From: Laetmonice hystrix
Lineage: Eukaryota
DNA: 64,000 bases
Direction of reading: 5' to 3'
Assembly: GCA_965235115.1 (NCBI GenBank)
Contig: OZ249437.1
Location: forward strand, 43,896,001-43,960,000
Below the pieces are notes generated by a model, which was given only the letters and a program-made list of their open reading frames with translations, was not told the DNA's origin and did not search any database. A program made the translations under genes and the position numbers. This document shows, piece after piece, positions 1 to 17,835 of the stretch. Position 1 is the stretch's first letter. Every line of letters starts with the position of its first letter.

Positions 1-2701
1 CGAGCACGAACACTCGGCCTTATCGCCAAGATTTTAAGGCGTTTTTTTTTTCGGATTCCCGTTGCAGGAGATGATAAAGTTTCTAAGCAATGCCGTGTTA
101 ATATCAATGCTACTGCACCTTATGTCCTAAAGTTGGTGTCACCATCATGTATTCCAATATTGGGGCAAAGCAATCATGCTAGTTAGAGATATTTGAGGGA
201 AAGATTAAAAGCAAAGTGAGACTTTATACTATTCCACTACGATTGTCAACGCACATCGGCTCACAGTCTGTACTGGTCACAGCAGGTAAAAGCGAGGGTT
301 CTGGCTACCCCAACACTTTGATCATCAGGGAGAAACATTCCCCTCGTTAGAATACATGATAAAGTATGTGGTATCTTTAGCACCGAAGTTCTGCATTCAT
401 GATCATCATATTTACAACATTATTATCATCAATACTGGCTTATCGTGTCAGTTCACATATTCAGAATGGTCGTGCCTTAAGGCAACCATCATGATTTTCT
501 CGTGCCTTTTTTCCTATGGGAAATTCACCACAGTTGGTATTATCTGTGATCTAAAACAGTATTGTTAGTGAAATATACCCTCTGATCAAAGACATAGATC
601 AAATACACTCTCAGGAGGATAAGATGGATAACCTTTGTCTCCCTATAAACAGCAGCAGGTCATCGTCAACCTCGACTGCCGCCTTTAAAAGGCATTGCCC
701 CTTGGCTGTGAATGAGTTCAACTCCAATCACCGGAAAGCTATGTGGGCAGCAGAAGCTCTCACCGCCAGACCCGCTGATTATAGTGTGTGCATGGGACTG
801 GGGTCAACGCTTTCCGTTACAAATAACCGATCATTATAAACGGCGAAATATGTACATTTACATACAAAACATAACATGTCATTAATGGTTGGCAATCCTT
901 TGTAAGAAGTATGAACGACTGCATTGTGTGCATAGTGTACTTCCTCGCTTGTGCACAATGTATAGTTACACACATTCATTTTACATCTACCTGTGTGTAC
1001 TTCTAGTAAATTATACACGTCGATCTAATAAGGTTAAATACTTTTGTACAACAGCGTTAGTTTATTAATACAATTGCCCTTTTTCTTCTGGACAATTCCC
1101 ATCTAACAACAGATCCTATACTAAATGCCGACCGTTCATTAGTAAATTAATGCCGATATTAGCCAGTTTGCATTCCTCTGAAAACGTCGGAAACTGCCAG
1201 TGTTCGATTTCCAGGACGACCCCCTCATACCCCTCCCTCTCAGCATTGAGGGCAATAGGAGAACCACTGATCCACAACCACAACCTGGTTTGACGCTTCC
1301 CCTTGTCTTCTGCCCCGTGACCATGGTGACCACGGGAGCATATACAAGACAACTTTCTCAGGTTTTCAAGGGACCGATTTCGTGTCCTGAAACGACTGCA
1401 TGGGTCATGTGAAATCTAGATATATCTAAGTCCGTACAGTAACTCCAATAAGCTTCGATACAGGTCAGGCCAGCCGAGAAGAGTTTAGGTAGGTCATAGC
1501 CACCCATCATCACTGACCTGATCTCGCCGACTGTGCGACAGGTCGAGGGGCACAGAATTCATCAGGCCAACTCAAGGCGTTCTTTGCCATGCGTGCTGGT
1601 GGCAAATAATAGAGTTGGGCAGTCACATGTGACCAGTAAAGCACTTCGAGTGAAGTTGGCCAATTAATCAAAAGGTCCATTTGATATCCTCTTAATGCCC
1701 TGCTTACTCCCCAGTTCCCAATCCCTTCCGCAGTGACATTGCAATGGGGGGTAGATGGGTGGGCCTCGATGAATGGCAAACAACCCCTTTTTATCTGCTA
1801 CTGAATTGCTCCTTTTGTATCGTTCCCTAAGTACGGACAATCCTTCAAGCTGATACAGTTCTGACCCAGAGGTGAAACATTGACATAGTGAAAATGATTC
1901 AGGATTTTGGCAAATAATCTTACCAGGATTAACTGTAAGTCTCTCCCCTTTCCCCTGTTATATCCATAATTACGTTAATCCAAATGCACGTTTAAAATTG
2001 CACAGGGACGCTGCGTGTCTGTACACAGCAGAAATCATTAAGGTACCAGCTATCTGACATGGTATGTTATGGTCATCACCGTGGCAACCCAGCACCGTGT
2101 ACAAACACAAAACCTTGCACGGAGGTCTCAGCAGGTGTTAGTAGGGCAGTGAAACTGCAGAAACTTAAACAGCTAAAAACACGTTAGTCTCCAAAGCCTT
2201 CGAAAAAATGTCTCAACTAAGAACACTGTGTGGAATGCCAAACAAGATATTTGAGGGAACCTCACAAAAAAAAGGCTGCTTGTGCTGCCGAGACTTGCTC
2301 GACCGGTAGCACACAAGATGCGCATAATTGTAGACACAAAACAGTGTCATGTTGAGGCAGTGATGCAGAAACTCTGGTTTAGCACATGTACTTGCAGAAT
2401 TAAATACATATTTACAATTGTATTCTTAATATACCTGACAGAGTGGGATTTTATCATTGTAAAAACATGATGGAACGCTTTAGTTTACTGCCTAGAAACA
2501 ATAGACCATGACTAAACCATATACAACTTTGAAGGTCTAGTTACAGTGCTATATATAAGATGCTAAATATAAAGACTGGTAATGCTATATTTGGATTCAC
2601 AATCAATATGATAGAGAATGCATGGTCCCTTGGGGAAGGGCAGGTTGCCGTGCAGGTCAATTGTTAAAGATGATCTGAGGGTGAAAAGCTTGTGAGAATG
2701 T

Positions 2702-4498
2702 CTATTTTTGGCTGGTTGGGTGATGTGAAAGTCTACCATACCATGCAGTGCTCTGTGGTCTAGTAGCGTTTAGTTGTTGTTGCATGGCAGTGAGCGCCGA
2801 TACTGTGAGCTCGTTTTCGCCACGGGACCTTGGTTGTAGGGCGTTGAACACATCTTGGGGAAGGATTTCGACACATCGATCCAAAGTAGAAAGGCGGGGG
2901 CTCTGCTTGGTTAGCAATGGGCTTGATGATTTCTCAAGCTGTTGAACAAAGGTGACATAGAGAAGAGTGCGTAGTGGGATGTGGAAGGCTGGAGCATCTG
3001 CCGTCTCTACACTGACGTACACAGCTGGTTCTATAACAAAATCACACAGCACAATCGGGGTCTTGACGGGCAGGTCTCTCTCACGGGCTTTCTGGTCCAT
3101 CGAACCTCCAACCAACTCTACAACCAGTTCCTGATCCGTCACAAAGGTTACCAATTCACGAATCCAAAAGTTCATGGCCTTGTTCCCCTCCAGAATCTCC
3201 TCAAACTTTGCATTTGATGAGATGGGAAGACGGACAGCCTCCTTGACACGCCCGGTTGAATCCAGTTTGTCACACTTAACATGGAGAATCTCCCCACCAC
3301 GCCCATGGTTCCCTAAGGAGTCTCCCCTTTTGATCTTCAACACATCGCCAACAACAATATTTGTATTGTCACCTGTATCTGTTTGCACAACTCTCACCTT
3401 ATAGGCAGGATGAGCATGTTCAAGCTCAGACACGCCATTGAACCGATGAGGCAAAATTCTGAACTGGCCTTGATATGTCAGAGGTATTGCATACTGTTTA
3501 TCATTGCCGATTGAAGCAAGGACTTTCGACTGACGCGTCCAGCCATGTATGACCAGTTCAATACCTGGCTTCACGTAATGATTCTCCAAGATTGTAGTTT
3601 CCTCATCCCAGTCGGTCACACGAGCCACAACTGGGAACAGGTTCCGGTTATTGGTGGCAAACGTGTTCAGCAACTGGCCCCTATCGTAAGAGTTATCCTC
3701 AGGGCTAACAGTTATGTTCAGGTTGCTTGGTAATCCAATGATCAATCCAGGGTCATCCATTGGGCTGGCTTCCACGAAAGCTTCTGGTTCCTCCAAGAGT
3801 AGGTCCCCTCTGAAGTCTGCTGGCAGGCCCGGGATCTTGTGCGTATTTCTGGCAGCCTCGCACACCTGCAGCCGTCTGCGCCGCGGGAGCATGGTCATTA
3901 GGTCAGAGAGCAGGTACTCGTTTTGGTCGGGCAACCGGGTGAAATTCCCCACGCACTCCATGGGCAATAGAATCAGCCGGGCTTCGCTCAGTCGTCTGCA
4001 TTCAAGCAGTTTCCTGCCGAACTTGTGTACAAGGCGTATCAGCTTCAATCGGTCACCACACGCCAGTGGGGATAGATAGGAACAGGCATCATCCTTTACT
4101 TCATAAGAGCAATTAGCCTGAACATAGACAGGGAATGCCCTTACCAAATTTTCCACGGTTTTGTAGACATGATCAGAAGATGTGTCTCCACTGCTTGGGT
4201 CAAACGGCAAGACCTTGAATTTACCCTGGAATTCAATTGGCAATGTGACTTTTACCACATGATCTGCTCCAGATCCACCCCATGTGTCCCTAAATGAAAG
4301 AGGAACATTGGGGCTAACTTGTCTGTGAAAATTAAGAACAGATCCAGTTGGAAGATTAAATGCCTCATGGGTATCGAAATCTGGTTCATATCCATCCACA
4401 ATGCGGCCACTCTGTGGTGGTGGAAAACACTCCAGAAAATCTTTCAGTGACAGTTTGATACCACTGACAGCAGTGGTAGTATCGTCAGAATCCGCCAT
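2702..4498 (-). CDS. Tandem CABIT-domain protein (THEMIS/GAREM/Serrano-like), 598 aa, single coding exon
   Basis: 598-aa ORF. Two internally similar halves, each with CABIT-type motifs (LPIEFQGKFKVLP; IPLTYQGQFRILP; HIPL near the end). Candidate 5'UTR intron 4641-4821 (GTGAGC...CTCTGCGTTCACAG on -). Family call is from recalled motifs. Confidence 0.7.
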   Translation of the reverse strand: MADSDDTTTAVSGIKLSLKDFLECFPPPQSGRIVDGYEPDFDTHEAFNLPTGSVLNFHRQVSPNVPLSFRDTWGGSGADHVVKVTLPIEFQGKFKVLPFDPSSGDTSSDHVYKTVENLVRAFPVYVQANCSYEVKDDACSYLSPLACGDRLKLIRLVHKFGRKLLECRRLSEARLILLPMECVGNFTRLPDQNEYLLSDLMTMLPRRRRLQVCEAARNTHKIPGLPADFRGDLLLEEPEAFVEASPMDDPGLIIGLPSNLNITVSPEDNSYDRGQLLNTFATNNRNLFPVVARVTDWDEETTILENHYVKPGIELVIHGWTRQSKVLASIGNDKQYAIPLTYQGQFRILPHRFNGVSELEHAHPAYKVRVVQTDTGDNTNIVVGDVLKIKRGDSLGNHGRGGEILHVKCDKLDSTGRVKEAVRLPISSNAKFEEILEGNKAMNFWIRELVTFVTDQELVVELVGGSMDQKARERDLPVKTPIVLCDFVIEPAVYVSVETADAPAFHIPLRTLLYVTFVQQLEKSSSPLLTKQSPRLSTLDRCVEILPQDVFNALQPRSRGENELTVSALTAMQQQLNATRPQSTAWYGRLSHHPTSQK

Positions 4499-4821
4499 GG
4501 TTCATTTAGGCCTGTGTACATATATCACTGATCAGGTAGACGCTGCACGAATGACAGTTGCCACTCCTCTTCCACAGGTAGGCTAGAACTCCACTTCAGT
4601 CCAAATGATGCTCAGATTCCTCAAAAAAAACGTTTTGGACCTGTGAACGCAGAGAATAGGGTTGTAACGCCGACACCAACCCCTACCCGCAGCTCCACGT
4701 ACGGATAGAGCTGTGAGCAGTACGGAAAGTTGGAGCTTATAACCTCTCCACAGCTTGCCGTATTCCCTGACACAAGCTTGCACGCACTGCGGAGTCGCCG
4801 TGACGAGTGCCCGGCGCTCAC

Positions 4822-5600
4822 TTGTCAAACCAGTCGGTCTGTGGCCTCTGTTTACACATGAATAGGCACCAGTGTGGACACCCTGCTTCTTACAAGTGCA
4901 CCAGCTACCTCAAGGAAACGTGGTGTTTTCAAACTATCCACCACTTCTTATATATAACTGCTCATCTGTCGTGTATTCTCCTGTGGGTAAAACTATGTGG
5001 ATAAAGAGGCACCCTTTATCCGTATGCTCTAACCTAACTGGATTACTTATAGTATACTTGGGAAAAGTTTGCATGCCAGTTTTCACACTTTACGCTTCGC
5101 GCACCTGGCCGGCGGGAGACTCTAATATGTCACGTGACCAAACAAATGCACCTCTGCCACCTAGCGTGTATAAGCTGAACTAAGTTAAAAGCCGGTCAGC
5201 GTATCCGCAACGTTTGTTCAGGGAAACGGCACAACCGATTTAGTTTTGGTCAGTTTGGTTGTCGATGTTTGCTGGACCGAATTCGAGAAGAATAAGGTGA
5301 CTTGTTAATTAATTTCACTATTGAATCTGTGGTGATGGTGGAAGTTGTATCTCTTTCTAGCGAGTTGTGTGCCAGGTTTGGTCGGTTTGGAAGTGACGCG
5401 ATGATTTCCCTGCTTTGCCCCACTGCCACTGCCTGGGCACTGGCACTGGCGTCACTCAGCTCATCAATCGGCATCAGAACAAGTTGCCCGGACAGCGGCC
5501 AGCGTTCTAAGTCTTTATTCCAGTCAAAAAGTAACCATGTTTAGCGGGAACACGTAGACGAGCGTTGATTGATGTGATCACGCTGTGAATGAGGCCGAAG
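4822..5600. promoter_or_regulatory. Probable bidirectional promoter between the CABIT gene (-) and TGS1 (+)
   Basis: Head-to-head start codons 1.5 kb apart. CpG-rich. Palindromic E-box GTCACGTGAC at 5129-5138, GGCGGGAG just upstream, CTCF-like motif on - at about 5150-5166. Candidate TGS1 5'UTR donor AAG|GTGACT at 5297. Confidence 0.5.
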
Positions 5601-5989
5601 AAGGTTGAATGAACATGGGCGATAATAGGGTGTTTGTGTACTTTGTAAACACGTGGGTTTGTTTTCTATGTCTGAATCAGCACTGTAGTATGCCATATTG
5701 AGTGTCCTTTGTGTTGCCAATTATAAATAAAACTCAGGATCTTGTCCCCCTCTAAAATCGCCCCCTTCCCCATGCAACTTAATTTTCTAAGTAAATTTAC
5801 TAAGGACAGTCCTTTACTTTTGGTACTTAGCTTAGGACAGGTCCCCCAAAATCCTTAAATTGAATGCTGGAACTTCACATTGCAAAAAACCTTCATGCTG
5901 TTAAATAGCATGTTCATAGTTAGGATATATGGTACAGGTCATTTTGTAAATGTCATGTAGTAAATGTGGATGTTATGATTATTTTGTAG

Positions 5990-11674
<5,685 letters not shown>

Positions 11675-13182
11675 CCATAGGATGCGCTCAGACTGCCCCT
11701 CGTGCCGGACGAGGGAACGTCGTCCATTGACATTCTGTAAATATTTATTACTGGGGACCTCCTAGTTATGCAAGGAGAGTGGACAGTGAAAATCTTAAAG
11801 CTACAGTTGTTGAGAGTAACTTAGTGACATCATGTGTTCATGTTTTACGATCTCTGGATACAGATTCAACAAAACATTAAATTGTTCGATAGCAGATCCA
11901 CATCAGGCCGAGTTGATTCCTACATAATCTAGTCAGAGGGAATCACCCATTACTATCTTTCACTGAAGAAGGACGTATTTTTGAAAACTGATAGCGTCGA
12001 TGTTGCAAAGACGGATTTGCATATTGGTTCAAATTATTTTTTTTTATTTGATTTTTTTTTCCAAATGACTTATAAAAGGTGAGTAAATGTGCGTTATGGT
12101 CATGTACGTGAACGGTTAGTCGGCGCTGAGAGTGCGAGATAAGGCGCTGGAGAGTGGTGGTGAGATTAAAATAAGTTCAAGTTGTTGAAAGTGAAGTGTT
12201 TTGAACTGGTGAGTTGGAGTTTGCTTGATTTATTTGCATGTAGCCAGTGTCGCGGTCTCAGATATCCGCAGTCTGACATCTCCGGGAGGTTAGCTGCATA
12301 ACCGGGTGTATTTTATAAAGTTCTGGTCGAAGTATCCGATATAACAAAAAACATGTCTCAGTCATACGTAATAGGCCTAACTCTCATCTCCTCTGCAATA
12401 TTTGGTCAGACATTTGCCTATCGAGGCTGTCGTAGTCTTGTTTGGAAGAACGCTCCACCACCAGCTATAGCAGACGCCCAGATGTGTGTGGCGAAAAGGA
12501 AGATACGCGTGCTCATATACCATACTCACCGGGTGGCGCCAGTTAAATCCGAGGGAGCACGAGTGTGAGTCATATACCGCATCTAAACACGTAAGTTATG
12601 CTACAGCATGAGATGGTCGTAGTTATCAAATATGCCACTAGGTTGCTGAGAGCATGGTCGAACGTGGACTGCTTCACTGTTATCCCGCTAGGGGACAGCC
12701 CCCTGGCGGAGTGAGCCGTGAAACAGTTTCCGTCGATCGAACCAAAGAACGTCACATAGGCCTAACTGTGACGTTCTATGATCGAACGGACGAGACTGTC
12801 GCTTTAGGACCTTTGATTGGCTGGTCCTCTGCTGCTCAGCTTGAGCCAGCCAATAAGCAGCGCAAAACAGAGCTTAACTTTAGATCACCGGAACTCGTGT
12901 GAATCCACGATATATTTTTTTTAATGGGGCAGAGGGAGCTGACATTAAATATAGGAAAAAGTGGAGATTCAGAAAGGGAAAGCAGGCAAAAAAAAAACGG
13001 CCAATAATGAACTTTTATGAGATTAATTGTGTAGCGAAATCTATCGTCGTCTTGTGACATTAGTGTTATGGTACACGAAACGGATACAAGAGGGCAGCAC
13101 GTATTCAGCCTGCTCGCTGTGGGCTGAAAAATATTGGCAAAGATACCCTAATCATGAGGGGGAAACCCAGATCTATGCTTAA

Positions 13183-13596
13183 GGTCATGTGCTACACTAA
13201 ATCAAACCCATTACATATCGATACTATGTATTTTAATAGGAGGAACAAGTGTTTCTGATTATAAAAATGTATAAATATCCATATGTCGCCATGCTAACTT
13301 TTGTGTGGGATGTCTATAGAAAATCCATGTCTTGGCTACTTTGAGTGCTTCTTACACTCATCTGGGGGCCTTCAAGGTAAATTCAAGGCTTTTCACAGGC
13401 ATACATTTCCTATAAACCCAGGCTTATTACAAAAAAGATAAGCATGGTGACATATAGTTATCTTCACGTTTTTAAACTGAAAAGCACGTGTTCTTTCTAT
13501 TAAAATACAAAATATTGATATGTAGTGGGTTGTGTTTTATACATTGGTTACTATGGCGAGATTTGGCACGAGATTTGAGAGTTGTAGCACATGACC
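13183..13596. mobile_element. Non-autonomous DNA transposon (Kolobok-like MITE) with TTAA target duplication
   Basis: TTAA|GGTCATGTGCTACA ... TGTAGCACATGACC|TTAA. 14-bp TIRs start with GG rather than the CCC of piggyBac. Further internal inverted similarity. Confidence 0.7.
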
Positions 13597-14007
13597 TTAA
13601 TTGCTCCTTCCGAACCGCATTGCTGAATTTTGTAAAACATAGATCGTGCAGTGTTTATAGATAGCCTTCCTCTCTTATTTCGGGGCATAACCAGATCAAA
13701 GATGTCTGCCACTTTTCAGATTGCAGGGACTTGGTTAGGCTATGTTAGACTTCGACCTTTCAAGGTTAGCCTACTCGGGATAATATTAGGCATATAGTAC
13801 ACATGTAGTGCCAAATGAAAGGCCGTGTACGACCTCCTATCCTTGGTTAATAGTAAATGCCGCCTAACTTGCATCGTGATTACTTAGGACCTCCCAGTCC
13901 CAGGACTGAGAAACTTGACACCCTCTCTGAAACACTTAAAGCGGCATCATTAGTAGGCTTATCTTCGAGAATAAAACACTTACCTGTCCCCTATAGCAAC
14001 CTATTGA

Positions 14008-15145
14008 CATATATCGGGTGGATAAAAAAAACGCCCCGAACTTCGAACTTTAATATTACAAAAACTATGCATTATAATTCCATATAATTTCTCATACTAT
14101 TACTTCATGATATTATCTCTGGTACGTTAAAGTTCCAGCTCAATAGCTTTGATATTAATCCCGTGGCGCTAAAACCAGAAATCATTGTCTAAAAACGCAA
14201 TGCCGGAATTAGGTCAAATATCATGCAGCTACCAGGTGTCCAATTTGACACCTGTTTGATGCACGGCATTGTACCTTGGGTAAAAAAATGTTTCAATACA
14301 TGTATTTAGTTTTTGCATGTTTTACAATATGTATAATGTTGTGGACAACTAGATATAATAAATTATGTGCTATTCCTAGTACTTCTAGAGAAAACCAGAT
14401 GTTTACTGTGTCAAACCCTACAGAGAAACTGCAACATTAGGACGATATGACTGTAACCAGAAGTTCAAGGGAAATCGTATCATTATCACGTTTAGAAACA
14501 CGTTCAGAACGTTGCGTATTTCCCAATGTTGGGAAATATTTCCCTATCAGAGATCATGAAGTGCATTGGCTCATGGAAAAAGAGACTGAAAGCAGTATGA
14601 AGTGAAAACGGGGGACCGATTGACCACCTACTCTAGTGTGAGGCCAGGGCCCGGTTTTTTTGTTTACTTTTCCACCGTGAGCAAGGGTGAGCTGAGCTGA
14701 GCAAGGGTGAGCATGAGCTCATTCTCACCGTTTTCGTGCTTTTTTGGGGATGCTTTTTCCATGAAGCGTGCTCATGGCAAGCAAGCTCGCGGAAAAACAC
14801 CCCAAAAAACGAAAACAGTGAGCAAAACGGTGAGCATGAGGTTCTGCTCACCCTTGCTCAGCTCAGCTCACCCTTGCTCACGGTGGAAAAGTAAACAAAA
14901 AAACCGGGCCCTGGGACTCTGGGTGCGACTACAACTCGCTTTAGGCCGGCATTGCGCTTTTGTACAATGATTTTTGTTTTTAGCGCCACGGAAAGATTAT
15001 CCAAGCTATTGAGTTGTAACATTAACAACTAAGAGACAACATCATGAAGTGATATTAAGAAAAATTTCATTGAATTACAATTATTACTTTTTGAGATATT
15101 GAAGTTTAAAGTTCGGGGCGTTTTTTTTTATCCACCCGATATATG
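14008..15145 (+). mobile_element. Tc1/mariner-superfamily deletion derivative with about 210-bp TIRs and a transposase C-terminal remnant
   Basis: CATATATCGGGTGGATAAAAAAAACGCCCCGAACT at the left and its reverse complement at the right, with TA-rich ends. Long imperfect TIRs. Remnant 14496-14636 reads ...EIMKCIGSWKKRLKAV*SENGGPIDHLL*, matching the typical ITm transposase tail (WxKRLxAVxxxNGGxIEH). Confidence 0.75.
14645..14913. mobile_element. Palindromic MITE nested in the Tc1/mariner derivative
   Basis: CAGGGCCCGGTTTTTTTGTTTACTTTTCCACCGTGAGCAAGGGTGAGCTGAGC... and its exact reverse complement at the right end. Arms are more than 60 bp perfect and then imperfect. No clear TSD. Confidence 0.8.
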
Positions 15146-15197
15146 AAGACACACTGTTATTGCAATACATTGTGTACTGCAGTATGATTTTTGTTAA

Positions 15198-17700
15198 CTA
15201 AGCGCTGCAAATGACGTCGAACAACATCCACAATAGTCCTAGGTCTTCAGGTATCGCTTCACCATATTTCATCATCATCATACGCTTGCTTTGTAAATAC
15301 ATGTATGCCTCCGAGGGACGAAAGTCAATGTATGCAACAGAATCAGCTAAAAGCTGAGAAAGAATGAGTTGGACAGAAGACGTGACAGTGCTCGTGGCAT
15401 TGTATGTTAGACCTACTAGTAATAGTAGGCTATACATAGGCCTACGGTTAGGCCTACCCACAATGGCCAAGCGGTTCGAAGGTAGCTAGAGCGTTAGATT
15501 CCAACGGAGCCAGCTGAGCGTTCTCACATAACATTTGGTTGGTTTCACTTCAATTTACATGTGACACTAAGCTGATTTATATGGCAGGGTGTCGATATTA
15601 GAGGTTTTAAAAACAGTGGACCTTTAAGTTATAAATACCATGCCGTTACGTCCCGTAACGTCATGTCATCGTGAGATCAGTTATTCTTGTCAAGCCTGCT
15701 AGGTATGTTTCATCTTTTACATTTTTGACAAAATAAGGGAGAAATGACCCCAGTATACTAAAATAAGATATGCTATATATGCACAATTTCTCTTTATTCT
15801 TGGTCCCTTCGAATTTTTGGACCGTCGTAATATCTAACACCCCCCTCTAACTTTTGCTTCCTCGAATATCTTTTTGCCATAAGAAATTAGGACAAGGAAA
15901 TAACAAAACATATTCTGTTAAGATTTTATTATTTTAAATGGGCAAAAAGTTTGCTGTAGAAAGTGATGCCGACATGATGAAATTACATTATTTGCCATGA
16001 TGTAGGCCCATGTCAACTGGATCGTTCGCGAGAAGAGCATCTTATATTCCCAGTGCTCTCGCAATATAGGCCTACATATTGCATCATATAAGGATTTACG
16101 TAATAAGGATCTCATTTTACATGTACAGTGTATCGCTGAACGGTGGGTATGCTGGATGCCTGCTATGCTGATCAATAATGACAAAAAGGTAAATCTTAGG
16201 TCGGCCTATATAATATTAATGCATATTAATATGTTGACACAGAGTTGGTCCTGGACAAGATTCTTACCCCCGAGTCAGGATACATTTTTTCAGAGCGGCT
16301 TACAATTTCTATAAAAAAACACGACCGGTACTTAAATGTACAAGCTTATATTATCACAGTCATTCAAACATTCCGAGGATTATAGTGGGCTGTGGAATAA
16401 CCTCTTACTTTTTACTTATTCAGTCGATTACCTAGCCGTATATACATTTGCTTTAAATTAGTACGTTGTATACTGCACCAGGGCCAGACGGAGCCTAAAA
16501 TTGCTAGGGGGTGGGGGTGGGGGCCAGACCTAGCTTCAGAAGGGCACCCTTATTACAAGGATGAATTCACCCTTAAAAATGGCACCCAGCTGCCCCCCCC
16601 CCCCCCCTGCTAGGTACGGCCCTGTGCACCTAATCTCTCCGAAATCGGTACATCGTATCTTTAATCTACTTTACCTGTAAAACCACCAAGTGGGTATATT
16701 ATAATCCACACTGGTTAAGTGACTCAGAAAACAATATACATACAACATGTACTGCCCACTTTAACTGACATGGATTCATTAAAAAAAGCAAGTTAAATGA
16801 TAGAGGTACATTACTACAACTAAACCATGAGACAAATGAAATAACATGCATTCCACGGTGGTATCACTCGTGCCGTTACTGGCACAAAAATGTTTGGGGG
16901 TAGGGGGTGGGGGTGGGGGGTGTAGTTAAACTAATAATCACAGTAGTATTAGTTCAAGTAAGCCAACTGTGATATAGTCAAAGGTAGTGAACGAAACGTA
17001 CACATACATACATTCACGTTAACTGTTATGGCTTAAGATGGTCAACCATCGCCGCAATATCAACAATAAAACGTTGTCAGAATGTGAAATACTCTCACCT
17101 GCACGGGGGTCGATAACATGAATAAGTGACATACATGATGCAGATTATGGGGTAGTGGGTTTTGGGGAGCACAAGATCAGAAAACCCTAGTCTGTGCTCA
17201 TGGACTGACAGCAAAGGTAGTTTGGGTTTAAAACACGCATGTGTCTCTTACAAACTCTGGTTAATCCGGTCCCAGTCCATCTAGTAATGACCTTCCTGAA
17301 CAAGAAGGAAATCTTCGTGGAGCCTCAAGGTCATCCATATGGTAATAGCGCCGTAGCAACTCAAATTTATGTCAATTATGGCATAACCATCTTTACCTAG
17401 AACTGGCTGTGACGCATGGGAAAAACCTGGCAATTACTGCCAGTGTTGGCAGTTCAGCAGCCGTTCATAACACCGTCATTGTGCTCTGAAACGAGGCTGC
17501 ACACATGTAATATGTACAGGCTATAGGTCAAACGGATGGCGACAGCACCACACGTACCGGTAAACATAGTCATTTCCTCTAATTTTTGCAAAATCTCTAC
17601 CTGAACAGTAGGCACTAATGGTGGAGGCGTATCACTGGATGTCTGCTAATGTCACACTGTCCCCTGGTATCCCACGTTAAGTATGTTGGCCCCTGGAAAC
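15198..17700 (-). ncRNA. Candidate spliced non-coding (or micropeptide) transcript
   Basis: Consensus-like sites define exons of about 17601+, 17397-17485, 17099-17295 and 15353 downward (introns 115 and 101 nt; GTAGAG, GTAAAG, GTGAGA donors; pyrimidine-rich CAG acceptors). Middle exons are closed in all frames. Upper boundary is approximate. Confidence 0.25.
16479..16624. mobile_element. Short GC-rich non-autonomous element with 5-bp TSD
   Basis: TGCAC|CAGGGCC ... GGCCCTG|TGCAC. Internal G-run and C-run. Confidence 0.6.
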
Positions 17701-17835
17701 TGCCGGGAACTGCTGCTTCGTTAATCATGCGAACACACGTGAAGCGAACCTTATTACTCGATGGCACAATGCCGATCGTTCTCCTATTGTGTAGCTTCCG
17801 TGGAATTCACCTTCCTTTATGAAATCATTATACTG

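Noticed and set aside
600-1780. Short ORFs at the window start
   Set aside because: No recognisable homology or coherent exon chain.
2748-4586. Several + strand ORFs opposite the CABIT gene
   Set aside because: Antisense shadows of the long coding exon.
12110-12600. Possible retroelement 5' end or ORF 12353-12568
   Set aside because: No LTR pair, PBS, TSD or pol motif found.
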